From Bugula neritina (taxonomy: Eukaryota > Animalia > Bryozoa): 64,000 bases of DNA. A program made the position numbers and the translations under genes. Of this stretch, positions 12,291-24,429 are shown piece after piece (within the stretch, counting starts at the first letter, position 1; the number at the start of each line of letters is the position of its first letter). Under the pieces are notes generated by a model that was given only the letters and a program-made list of their open reading frames with translations, was not told the DNA's origin and searched no databases. The DNA lies in assembly GCA_964035545.1 (NCBI GenBank), contig OZ037768.1:24585319-24649318 (forward strand), read 5' to 3'.

Positions 12291-13541
12291 AGACAGCTGA
12301 CTTATAGTCTGGAGTCATCACATGAATTGTTAGCGGTTGTATAAATAAACTGAAATATATACTCTGGTCAAGCCTGCGGCCTTTAGTTTTGAAGTTCTTA
12401 GGTTCTTCTCCCAGAAAGTGTTTAGTTTTAAGTGCGTCGTGAAGATTGAGGGTGAAAGGAATAGTGGAGGAGTATTTGGAAGTCACTTGTTAACTGTCAA
12501 CACTTCTACACATTGTATATATTTTATTATTTAATTGTATGAAGATTTTATCTTTTCTACTTTTTTATACATACTGAAATATATAACATTAATTTTGATT
12601 AGGTCAATGTCAATGTTTGATTTTTGAAGCACTTCTGCTTTGGTGAACTTGCTGTAGAGTTGTGTATAATACATTTTCTGCTTGGTTTACAGACCAATAG
12701 CTTTAGCAGTATTTATTGAATATAAATTATTAGCGATTTCGCTATTTGTAAATTGCTATCAAATATTATGTACAGACCTTTGCTCCATACACCATAACTG
12801 CATATTAATTTATACAGCTTTCTTGGCCATTTTAATGTATAATTTGAATGTTGTATTTTGTAAATAGCCATATTAACTTTCTATGGCCAACATTGTTAGA
12901 GAGGTTATTTTTGCATATCTTTCAATAAACTGATTGGAAATCACTGAGTGTTAGACAGTATTTCTAACCTAATAATTTAGGAATTCAGTTTGGTTCAAAT
13001 AATTAATATATTAGTGCACTCACATAATGAATAATATTACAGTGTTCTGTAACAGTACTATCCATATATAAAACTCAAATACCACAAAATTTTATACCAT
13101 TAGTTGCATTTAGAGAGTTCCTGAACCCTCAACATAGTGGCATTCCAAGCATAATCTATAAATAGATTCTCTCTGCCAAGACATCACGTGAGTAAAAACG
13201 ATATGCTGTCCAATCAACTAATAGTCAATAAGAGGCAAAACGAGGTTGGTGATCCCAACCCATCAATACAATCTAAAAATTAAAACCGTAAGAATCTGAG
13301 TGTTGACAACAGTTAGCAGCTTTTGTCAATAGATTTACAAATTGCGTACTAAAACACATTTAGAATTAAATTTAGTGGCTTTCCAATGTTTTGGTTAAAA
13401 ACAAATAATTTAAATTCATAGAAAAAAGAAGTTGTAACTTAGAACGCAAACAACCGATTTATACGGTACTTATTCACTGTAAAATACGTAAACAAAGCAT
13501 AGCTCCTTACTAGGCCTCATGAAAGAGGCTCTGTAAGAAGT

Positions 13542-13550
13542 CGCCATTTT
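13542..13550 (+). promoter_or_regulatory. YY1-type motif CGCCATTTT near the probable GATAD2 transcription start
   Basis: Matches the CGCCATNTT consensus, ~110 bp upstream of the inferred ATG. Confidence 0.35.
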
Positions 13551-13657
13551 GTGTAAAACAATGACAAATCTTCAATTTTTCACTGGTGAAGAATTTTGTA
13601 GCGAACAGGATTTTTAGGCTACCTGGGCTTCCAGCACCACCTTTTACACGGCCTGAC

Positions 13658-16600
13658 ATGGCAGAGATGTCCAATCCAATAGCTTTAGGTAAATTCTTTA
13701 CTACTACCAGACACCGTGACTGTGGTTTTACTTCACTCAACAGCGACGGTTATCTTTAGTTTTACGAGCTATTACTATTAGTAGTAGCTAGTACTAGTTT
13801 AAGTTCTAGTCATTGTCAGTCTGAATTGTTTTACTTAGTGTTTGTTTCAGTGGCATTGGCGCAGTTGTAAAATTCACACTATAACTACATTAACGGTGAC
13901 ACTTGGTCTTGCAACAGCAATGCCAATGGCAATGGGCAATAGGTACTGGCAAAGCATTCATGTTCAATTTGAATTTCACACTCGCAGCAATTGCTAAGTC
14001 TCACGTAAAACCACCGTACCAGGCCATCGCATAATTTTCGTGGTCTCAGTTTAAATTTATGTTCATTTTATTTTGTATTTTTTTTATTAGCAATTTTTAT
14101 AAACACTGGGTCTGGATACAGGATAGTGGATTTGATAAAATACTAATGGGCAATCACAATGGCCAAATAAGTGCTCGCTCATATTGATATTTATAATTAT
14201 ATGGTTACACTTGTGTCACTTCTACGACCACTCAAGCTCTCAGTCTCATATTCATTGTGACACTCACACCGCTGGTCTTTGCAAAATAAAACTTACCATG
14301 TGAATGATAGTACATGATTTATAGTCGACATCTAACTGGTAATTTTTATTTAAAATATAATAACTAATAATAGTAAGAATTTTTTTAAATTTATTTTAGA
14401 TTTGAAATTTGCAATATTTACCTACTATCACTATTAGTATGACTATGTGTTATGTGCTGAAACTAATAGTAATTAGTTTAACATAGTAATTCAAATTGTA
14501 AGTAACATTTTTATTATCAAATTTAAATCAATGATAGAATGAGCTATATTTTTTATTGACTGTAACTTTGGTTGTCAAGCTGGCTATGATGGTGGGTCTT
14601 CCAGAGTTTCATTTAGTTTTCAATTTTCATGTTTTTCGCCAGCATAATAATTACAGTTACTACTTTCACTTTTATATTGATGCTGATTTTAAGTTTAGTC
14701 TACTAGTTTACCACTTGTTGACTGCCAACGCACCCAATCACAAAAAATGCAATGCATTCCTAGGTGTTGGCACTACTCTTAAGTTGTACAGTATTTAGTC
14801 GATCTGCAGAAACTAGCTAATAGCTGAATCTTCACATCAAAATGTTTGAATTGTTGTAGTGGAAAGTAGAGCTGCTGAAAATGGAGAATCATTTGATCCA
14901 AATAGGTAATTATTTTCTTTCTCTACAGATTGTTTCTACTGTATGCAAAATAACACCCTCACTTTGCTTGTTGACCAGCGGAAAGTTCATGTAATGTTTT
15001 ACTTGCTGTAACAAGAGCTACTGTGCGACTTTTAGGAAAGCAGCTTCACTCAACGGAAAAAGATCTCTGGAAACCAGCCCTCAGGAAGACAATGGCGGGT
15101 CACTGGGGTGTCCGGGTGTAAGAGGCAGCTCAGCTGATGCCCCTCCCAGTCTGAAGAAAGCTAAGACAGTTGTCAATGGGTTAGAAAAGTCAGCAACTCA
15201 CATGGTTGCTGAACAAGCAAACACTCGCCATAACGGACTCGACACTAACGGCAGTAGTGACAGTCATAACGGTGCTAGCTGCATGCTGCCAGAGTCAGCA
15301 TCTGCTAGCAGCCATTCAGACCAAATGTCTAACGGTGCCGGACCAGACTCTAGTAGTAGTGTGTGCGAGAGCGGTCCAGCAGCTGACAAGGAACATGCTC
15401 CGCCCACACGACAGGTTAACCAGTATCTTACTGTAAAAAAGGAACCGGGGAAAGACTCGGAGACGGAACCCGAGATTATTACTCTTAGCGACAGCGAAGA
15501 TGAGTTTCAGGAGGTAAAGATAGTCTCCCACCACCAGGGAGTGTTTGTAATTATTGGCAGCTGGCATCATGTTATGTCGTTGTGACAGAGTAGCTCCCCT
15601 TGTCTCTCATTTGATATGCCAATATTACCTACATTCTGAGTTGTAGTTAGTGCTGTTACTGTATGTAGTCACAGTGTTAGTATACAGTCACAGTGTTAGT
15701 ATACAGTCACAGTGTTAGTATACAGTCACAGTGTTAGTATACAGTCACAGTGTTAGTATACAGCCACAGTGTTAGTGTACAGTCACAGTGTTAGTGTACA
15801 GTCACAGTGTTAGTATGTAGTCACAGTGTTAGTATACAGTCACAGTGTCAGTGTACAGTCACAGTGTTAGTATACAGTCACAGTGTTAGTATACAGTCAC
15901 AGTGTCGGTGTACAGTCACAGTGTTAGTGTACAGTCACAGTGTTAGTGTACAGTCACAGTGTCAGTGTACAGTCACAGTGTCAGTGTACAGTCACAGTGT
16001 CAGTGTACAGTCACAGTGTTAGTGTACAGTCACAGTGTGTTATTCTTGACAGGTTCTACTCAAAGCCACGTCCCCCAACAGTCCTCACTGCAGAAGACTC
16101 CGCCTTCTCAAACTCTACGAGGATCAGCTTCGGTCGGAGGAGACAAAACTCATTCTGTTGAGGAAACTAAAAAGGAGTCTAGTAAGTAGAGCAGAGCAGT
16201 GCCCCCTCTCAGCACCCCCTCTCACTCAGCCACCCCCTCTCACTCTCTCAGCCACCCCTCTCTCTCTCTCAGCACCCCCTCTTACTCTCTCAGCCACCCC
16301 CTCTCTCTCTCTCAGCCACCCCCTCTTACTCACTCAGCACCCCCTCTTACTCACTCAGCCACCCCCTCTCACTCACTCAGCACCCCCTCTTACTCACTCA
16401 GCACCCCCTCTTACTCACTCAGCCACCCCCTCTTACTCACTCAGCCACCCCCTACTGCTGGTCACGTAGTCTGTGGCTGATAGTTAATGAAGCGTGACCA
16501 ATTTTGTGGAGTCATTGTCCTGTTAGTGGTATAGCAGGTTGTTACTGTCGGCGTGCTCCTTGAGAGGCCCCTTTCCTCTCATCAGTTCGCAGTCAGGGTG

Positions 16601-19600
16601 ACAGCAGATTGATGAATATAAATCACCTTGAAGTTGCTATATTTTATACTCTGTGAGTTATTGTATGAGTTAGCAACTAATACTTGGTACTAATACTATA
16701 TGGTACTAATACTACACAGTACTAATACTACACAGTACTAATACTATACAGTACTAATACTACACAGTACTAATACTACACAGTACTAATACTACACAGT
16801 ACTAATACTATACAGTACTAATACTACACAGTACTAATACTACACAGTACTAATACTATACGGTACTAATACTACACAGTACTAATACTATATGGTACTA
16901 ATACTACACAGTACTAATACTACACAGTACTAATACTACACAGTACTAATACTACACAGTACTAATACTACACAGTACTAATACTATACAGTACTAATAC
17001 TACACAGTACTAATACTACACAGTACTAATACTATACGGTACTAATACTACACAGTACTAATACTATATGGTACTAATACTACACAGTACTAATACTACA
17101 CAGTACTAATACTACACAGTACTAATACTATACAGTGCTAATACTAAACAGTACTAATACTATACGGTACTAATACTACACAGTACTAATACTATATGGT
17201 ACTAATACTACACAGTACTAATACTACACAGTACTAATACTACACAGTACTAATACTATACAGTACTAATACTACTTACAGAGCAACTTGGACAGGCATC
17301 ACGCTGCTCTCTCATCCGCTGACTCCAAGCACTCGTCACACGATGCCAGGACACAAAGTCACAGCTCCTCCTCATCTAGTCAACGTAGCAGTACCGGAGG
17401 CAACGCTCCTCCACTCCTAAGACGAGGTGCCAACCACACCTCACCTTCTCCTCACCATGGCTTAGCCAATCACCAGTCACCACATCATAAGGTAATGTTT
17501 CTCTCCCTCCCTCTCTCTCTCTGTAGTCACTGTGTGTGTAGTCACTGTGTGTGTAGTCACTGTGTGTGTAGTCACTGGCGTACTTAGTGTTGTTTTCTTA
17601 TCAGATAAGCTCAACCAATCAGCATCAAATGCCACACAGCAGCGCTGACAGACACAAACAGCTTTCTAGCCACCAGTCTAATAGTCAGCAAAGTTCATCT
17701 GGAGGTCCACCACCTCTGGTCAACATGTCCAAGTCATCTCATACCTGTGAGTATCCGTTATAGTGCTGCATATACTGTAATACTATAAACTGTAATACTA
17801 TAAACTGTATTACTGTAATACCACTTTATATACTGTAATACTACTTTATATACTGTAATACTACTTTATATACTGTAGTACCACTTTATATCCTGGTGTA
17901 GTATATTTTGGCCTTACTTGTTATCATGCATGTGAGTAGTGGGCAGTCATGTATGGTAATGCGCCAGGCAAGTCTAGAACTTGCAGGGTAAACTATGGGG
18001 GAATCTCGGAGTCATGGAAGGAATGCACGGGAAGGTTTAACCGTCCCGTGCATTCCTTCAACTGGTTCGGTGGTCGGGCCTGCGCTGAAGGCGGCGGCTG
18101 ATGCCCCATGGAGCCCACCACCGAACAACAGGGGACCCGTGAGCTCATTCCATTCATGGCAGCCACACGGGGGACACGCTCAATGCAATTCTTTCTATCA
18201 CCTAGCAGTCAACTCATTCACGTTAATATGGATAACTTCGCCATGAACACTAGCGAGCCACGTCAGGGCAAGTCTCCTAGACTATCTACCTCCAGTATCG
18301 GAGAGACGTCTAGTAGCAGACTAAACGCCTAACTCACTAGCGAGCCACGTCAGGGCAAGTTTCCTAGACTATCTACCTCCAGTATCGGAGAGAGGTCTAG
18401 TAGAAGACTAAACGCCTAACTCACTAGCGAGCCACGTCAGGGTAAGTCTCCTAGACTATCTACCTGCAGTATCGGAGAGAGGTCTAGTAGAAGACTGAAC
18501 GCCTAACTCACTAGCGAGTCACGTCAGGGCAAGACTCCTAGACTATCTACCTCCAGTATCGGAGAGAGGTCTAGTAGAAGACTAAACGCCTAACTCACTA
18601 GCGAGTCACGTCAGGGCAAGTCTCCTAGACTATCTACCTCCAGTATCGGAGAGAGGTCTAGTAGAAGACTAAACGCCTAACTCACTAGCGAGTCACGTCA
18701 GGGCAAGTCTCCTAGACTATCTACCTCCAGTATCGGAGAGAAGTCTAGTAGAAGACTAAACGCCTAACTCACTAGCGAGTCACGTCAGGGCAAGTCTCCT
18801 AGACTATCTACCTCCAGTATAGGAGAGAGGTCTAGTAGAAGACTGAACGCCTAACTCACTAGCGAGCCACGTCAGGGCAAGTTTCCTAGACTATCTACCT
18901 CCAGTATCGGAGAGAGGTCTAGTAGAAGACTAAACGCCTAACTCACTAGCGAACCACGTCAGGGTAAGTTTCCTAAACTATTTTACCTCCAGTATCGGAG
19001 AGAGGTCTAGTGGAAAACTAAGTTCCTAACTCTGTCTGTAGGATATAATTGAACCTGCTGGGACTGTGGGGGTCACCGGCAGCCTCGAGAGTGGGCCCCC
19101 TCAGGTCGGCCTTCTGTACCAGGAGGTCGACCTGATAACGCCACTTAGGCTGAAGAGACCCACAGCGTCTGGCAGGGTTAGGGTAATTGAATGTGATTTG
19201 TAATTCATGTATAAATTATAATTGTAGTTAATTACATAGGTAATGCAATTACTTAATTACATAACAATTACTTCAAATTTTTAAGTCTTATAAAATTCAT
19301 GTTTCCTTCCATGCCTACTGTTTAATGAGAAGTTCAGGTTAATTAAATGTAGTGTTGTATTAATCGCTGTTGAGAACAAAGAAAGTTCACCACTGTCAAA
19401 ATTGCCTCTGGTAGTTGAACCCCAGTGAGATTACATAACTCTTATCTGTCTCTTGTGAGAACAAAAGTAATTGTAATTCATTACAATAATTTTAACTGCA
19501 ATTATAATTGTAGTTGACAAATTTCCACGTAATTGCAATTACATTCATATGTGATTGAACCCAGCCCTCCTGTTGCAGGATCCCCTACAAGTTCGTGAGG

Positions 19601-22281
19601 GACGCCAAGACTACCAGTAGTCAGGCGGCAGGCACATTAGAGTTAGATGATCAGTGTCGCCCTACTCACGGTGCTTCTCGTGTTGTAGGTGAGCCCACTC
19701 CTAGCACAGAGGAATGGACCTTGGCCCATCGCAGCATATCTCCTTCTTTGGAGATAGCCGATGGTGCCACGACACCGCCTCCTGTACAGATCAAGGTAGA
19801 ATATGAGGCGCAGATCATCATAGATCCACCAGCCACCCCAGCAACTAGGACACAGTCGCGTCTGGTCGAAGCAGACCAATCTCAAAAACTAGGACTGCCC
19901 CGAGTTCTGTATGCAAGGTCCCATTGGACCACGGCGCGGACCCGCCAGCTGATTGCAGAGATCTGCAGTGGACCTGAGAATGTGTCATGCTCCCAATGTG
20001 GGATGACATTCTCATCCCACCGCAGGCTGTGGGTCCACGTGCCCCAACATTTCACGATTACCTACTGCCCGTGTGGCGAACATAGCTACCAACGGGATTA
20101 TGTGTTGAAGCACCAACGCATAGACCGCTGCCACACGGGCAGGATATTCGAGGTTGATAGTCAAACCTTCCCGGAGTTCCGGGACTTGATACTTCCACAC
20201 GTCACGGAAGCCTGCAAGAGGGACCTCCTGCAGAGGGGCTTTCCCTCCTGTCGACCAGCACCAGAAAATGAGAACATCCAACCCCCTGGTGTAGAACTCC
20301 CCCGCACGAAACCCCTGCGGGTGGTGATTTTGAAAGTGGAAGATACCTCTACCTACAGAAAACCACTACTTCCCGTGACGGAGACGTCTGCGGCCCGAGC
20401 CACCAGACGGCGAAAACGAGGGGTGAGGTCACATGGCCTTCCCCCAAGTGCAGGCACAGGAGTGCTACAACAGATTCAGGCCGTTGAAGGGCAGTTGATA
20501 GACTTGACTCGAGAATTACAGCAGTGCAAGGTTGAGGTAACCAGGCTACGGCGCTACCTCAGTCCCCTGGAGCAAGGAGCTCAACCCCAACTCTAAGCTC
20601 GAATTGCCCATGGATGGGCGTGTAAATACCATTTTATTGAGGACTAGTTTTATTAGAATATGTTGTTGTATTGTACACATCTGCATGCCATGTCACTATT
20701 CGAGTCATTAATGTAATTATCAGTAGTACTTCGGTTTTATTACTCGTACTTTTATTTTTTAACAGATAGACCATGGGCCATTCGTTTTCATATTCGGTTT
20801 TTGTACATAATTTTTGTTTTGTGTACTCTCCTCCTCTATCATGTACTTTCCGATGGGGGGGAGGGTGTGGTAGATTTTGGTTGTACATACTATTTTGCCT
20901 GCGAGTAGTGGGTAGTGCGAATAGTGGGCGGCAATGTATTGTAATGTGCCTGGCCAGGCAAGTCTAGAACTTTCTGTAACTTTCTTTGTTCATGCACGAG
21001 ATTAATTTTCTCTGGTTAACTTGTAAATCTGCCAATTCACTGGTCACTCATCTCAGAGAGGCATTCCATTGATATATAAGGGAGGTGGAATGCCTCAGGT
21101 GAGTGAGTTGGACCAGGAGCTGTACACAGTGACACTACTCCCTCTAATTACATGTGCTAGTGTATTTGTGTTGTAAAGAGTCGGACCTGTACTATATAAT
21201 AGGCAGGTCTTAATAAAATTTCTCCTAACTTGTAAACTTGCCTTCTCTCCTACATTTTTGGTAAATAACACTTATGTTCTGGGTATAGCATAAGCTTCCT
21301 GTGGATCCCTCTCTACCTAGTAATTTTATAATCCTGCATTCTAGTCGCAGCATGAGGTTACAACACTGTAATACTACTTTATATACTGTACTACTACTTT
21401 ATATACTGTAATACTACTTTATATACTGTAATACCACTTTATATACTGCAATACCACTTTATATACTGTAATACTACCTTATATACTGTAATACTACTTT
21501 ATATACTGTAATACTACTTTATATACTGTAATACCACTTTATATACTGTAATACTACTTTATATACTGTAATACTACTTTATATACTGCAATACCACTTT
21601 ATATACTGTAATACTACCTTATATACTGTAATACTACTTTATATACTGTAATACTACTTTATATACTGTAATACCACTTTATATTCCAGCGACGAACTCA
21701 ACCAGTTACGGCAGTCACCAGGTCCCTCAGGCTAAGAAGACTGCCGTCACCCAACAGCCCCCTCAGCCAACCAAGGAACAGAAACTTGCTGCCGCCAAAC
21801 TCCTCCTCAGGAAGCAGCTGGAACAGGCGCTTCAGCAGGTGCCGGCGCCAAAACCTCCGCCTCCTGAAGTTAACTTCCTGCCCAGTTTGTCTAGTGGAGA
21901 GTTTGTGTATCTCATCGGAATGGAGGTGCGTGTGTTGTGTATGGTATAGTAGTGTAGTATAATAGTATGATAGTACTATAACGTACTATATAACATACTG
22001 TAACATAACATACTGTATGATATAATATAGGAGGTAGTGAAGCAGCTCCTATCAGCTGACCAGAGAGACCTCAAGTTCATCTTCAGCCCTTTCTCCTGTG
22101 TTCAGTGTGGCACGGACTTCACGCCTGTCTGGAAACGAGACAAGCCCGGCAGCAAAAATGTTATCTGTGAGAAATGTATAACATCCAATCAAAAGAGAGT
22201 TCTCAAACAAGAGCACACCGCTAAGTTGAAGGCCGTCTTCAGTAAGGCTAGTCAGAAGGAGCAGGACATAGGTAAGATTTC

Positions 22282-22327
<46 letters not shown>

Positions 22328-23539
22328 TCTTCTCTCTACCTGCGTAGTCCCTGTGTAGTCTCACCTGCGTATATACTCTCACCTGTGTCTACTCTCACCT
22401 GTCTCTCTACTCACCTGTCTACACTCTCGCCTCTCTCTACACTCTCTTCTCTCTCTCTCTATACTCTCTTCTCTCTACTCTCTTCTCTATACTCTCACCT
22501 GTCTACACTCTCACCTCTCTCTCTACTCTCACCTCTCTCTCTACTCTCACCTCTCTCTCTACTCTCTTCTCTATACTCTCACCTCTCTACTCTCACCTCT
22601 CTACTCTCACCTCTCTCTCTACTCTCACCTCTCTACTCTCACCTCTCTCTCTACTCTCACCTCTCTCTCTACTCTCACCTCTCTCTCTACTCTCACCTCT
22701 CTACTCTCACCTCTCTACTCTCACCTCTATACTATACTCTCACCTCTCTACTATACTCTCACCTCTCTACTCTCACCTCTATACTCTCACCTCTCTACTC
22801 TCACCTGTCTACACTCTTGCCTCTCTCTACTCTCACCTCTCTACTCTCACCTCTCTCTCTACTCTCACCTCTATACTCTCACCTCTCTACTCTCACCTCT
22901 CTCTACTCTCTTCTCTCACCTCTATACTCTCACCTGTCTCTCTACTCTCACCTGTCTACACTCTCACCTCTCTCTACACTCACCTCTTTACACTCTCACC
23001 TCTCTACACTCTTGCCTCTCTCTACACTCACCTCTCTCTCTACACTCACCTCTCTCTCTCTACACTCTCACCTCTCTACTCTCACCTGTCTCTATACTCT
23101 CACCTGTCTCTCGACTCTCTCTACTCTCGCCTGTTTCCTGTTTGTAGAGCGAAGAATTGCCTCTGGATCTCCAATACTGGACATGCCCGGTCTCTCAGCC
23201 GTCGCCTCCCGGCACCACAAATCTCACGCTCCTCCGGCCGCTGCAGTTGCGGCAGCTGCTGCTGCTTCCGCGGCTGCTGCCGCCTCACCGTCTATGCCTC
23301 AGCTGACTCCACAGCAGACGACAGCATCAGCATCTTCCAACAGTAGCACCGCCCACCAACAGCAGTTGCAGCAGCAGATTCTGCTGTCGCAGCACGCCGA
23401 GCAGATGCGAGCGATGCTGGCAGCACAACTCTCTCTTCCCTATTCAATATACGGTGCCAACAACAAGCAAGCAGCTGACCTTCACCGTCAATACCTCCTA
23501 GATATGATCAACCAGAACAGGTCCTCGTGGAAGACGTGA
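13658..23539 (+). CDS. GATAD2: GATAD2/p66 NuRD subunit
   Basis: Exons 13658-13688, 14860-14905, 15036-15513, 16053-16181, 17282-17491, 17605-17746, 21690-21925, 22031-22271, 23148-23539. CR1 coiled coil ([17 protein letters not shown]), CR2 ([35 protein letters not shown]), GATA finger [17 protein letters not shown] and C-terminal RQYLLDMI. Confidence 0.93.
15665..16037. repeat. 19-bp minisatellite
   Basis: Tandem copies of CAGTGTTAGTATACAGTCA. Confidence 0.9.
16470..16652 (+). promoter_or_regulatory. candidate structured poison cassette exon in GATAD2
   Basis: Unique sequence between two repeat arrays, bounded by CGTAG| and |GTGAGT, with an in-frame TAA at 16485-87 and several hairpins. 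Confidence 0.45.
16676..17275. repeat. 16-bp minisatellite (ACTAATACTACACAGT)
   Basis: About 37 tandem copies running up to the GATAD2 acceptor. Confidence 0.95.
18249..19032. repeat. 87-bp tandem array (9 copies) inside the LTR element
   Basis: Units start at 18249, 18336, 18423 ... 18945; each has stops in all frames and an imperfect hairpin. Confidence 0.95.
19173..19569. mobile_element. hAT-like MITE nested in the LTR element
   Basis: Degenerate TIRs CAGGGTTAGGGTAATT ... ATTGAACCCAGCCCTC with GTAATT-rich subterminal repeats. No clean TSD. Confidence 0.5.
19595..20596 (+). CDS. retroelement accessory ORF: two C2H2-type zinc fingers, basic patch and C-terminal coiled coil
   Basis: 333-codon open frame with CSQC-x12-H-x3-H, CPC-x12-H..CH, TRRRKR and heptad [30 protein letters not shown]. 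It lies just upstream of the polypurine tract and 3' LTR. No ATG start. Confidence 0.65.
   Translation: MRDAKTTSSQAAGTLELDDQCRPTHGASRVVGEPTPSTEEWTLAHRSISPSLEIADGATTPPPVQIKVEYEAQIIIDPPATPATRTQSRLVEADQSQKLGLPRVLYARSHWTTARTRQLIAEICSGPENVSCSQCGMTFSSHRRLWVHVPQHFTITYCPCGEHSYQRDYVLKHQRIDRCHTGRIFEVDSQTFPEFRDLILPHVTEACKRDLLQRGFPSCRPAPENENIQPPGVELPRTKPLRVVILKVEDTSTYRKPLLPVTETSAARATRRRKRGVRSHGLPPSAGTGVLQQIQAVEGQLIDLTRELQQCKVEVTRLRRYLSPLEQGAQPQL
22285..23120. repeat. CT-rich microsatellite/minisatellite intron of GATAD2
   Basis: (CT)n followed by CTCTACTCTCAC-like units; explains the L/S-rich middle of the 500-aa ORF. Confidence 0.9.
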
Positions 23540-24429
23540 GCCAGTGTGTGGGTGACCTTCACACAGTCAGGCGCACGCATAAACTGTCGTAGTCTGGACA
23601 ATTCAAACATCGACTACAAGCTGGAAGTAATCTCTCACAGTTATCACTGTGCTGTCTCCACTGTACAGTCAGCAGTCTACAGTTGGCTGTCTCCAGCTAG
23701 CAGTCTACAGTTGGTGTAGACCTTCTTGCCTTATTCTACATTGTATTAGCTACTATTAGGTTAACTTAGCATTTATTGTGAAAACATGTATAAAGTGTAT
23801 GTAATCACTAGCCACTGATGTTTATGTCATGTGTGTAACTATATAGAAGGTAAAGGGCGTCAACACTGTGAATATTTTATATTTATTTGTGAAATACTTG
23901 GCCAATGTGTCATTTCTATTAGCTGAATAGTTTGAACAGTTCCTGTACATATGTTACATTATTATATACTGCAATAAGCCCATATATACAATATGCTGTG
24001 ATAGTGTCATCATCATTTACAATGTACTGTTGAAATGATAGTTCTATGTAGTTTTTACCTGTTGTCTTCCCTTTGGAATCATTCACTGCATAAGGGACAA
24101 GACATAACTATGATGTGCAAGAAATCAGCTTTTATACTATGAGTTACACTGAAAGAATCTAGAATAAGGGCAATTCCTTAGTTTAATGACACCTTATTGT
24201 TAACTATAATGAAATAAAAGCAATTGAAGTGCAATTCTTTTAAGTTGTCTTCTCTCGTTGCTTAGATGACCAATTCTAAGCAATTTCTTATAGCTTTCAC
24301 GATTGACAGTCGTAGCAACAGAGCAGCTGATATCTATGAAAAATAAAGTGTTGCCTTGTCTTAATAACATCATTATGCTCTCCCAGAATATGGACCACTC
24401 TTCTATGCACATCTTGTCGCTGCCTTGTA

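Larger units (their letters stand above)
17897..21365 (+). mobile_element. internally deleted LTR retrotransposon (Gypsy-like) in a GATAD2 intron
   Basis: 3' LTR 20866-21365 (TG...CA, TATATAA ~21074, AATAAA ~21212) preceded by a polypurine tract GGGGGGGAGGG. Truncated, diverged 5' LTR from 17897 sharing TGTRGTAKATTTTGG and GCCAGGCAAGTCTAGAACTT. Near-identical 4-bp flanks CTGG/CTGT. No gag/pol recognisable. Confidence 0.75.
17770..21683. repeat. 20-bp minisatellite (TATACTGTAATACTACTTTA) split by the LTR element
   Basis: The same unit occurs at 17770-17890 and 21366-21683, either side of the insertion. Confidence 0.85.

Noticed and set aside
14881-14905. ATG at 14881 as the GATAD2 start
   Set aside because: It is out of frame with the next exon; the frame is satisfied by the upstream ATG at 13658.
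18249-19032. CRISPR-like array
   Set aside because: The units are contiguous near-identical repeats with no unique spacers, there are no cas genes, and the context is eukaryotic.
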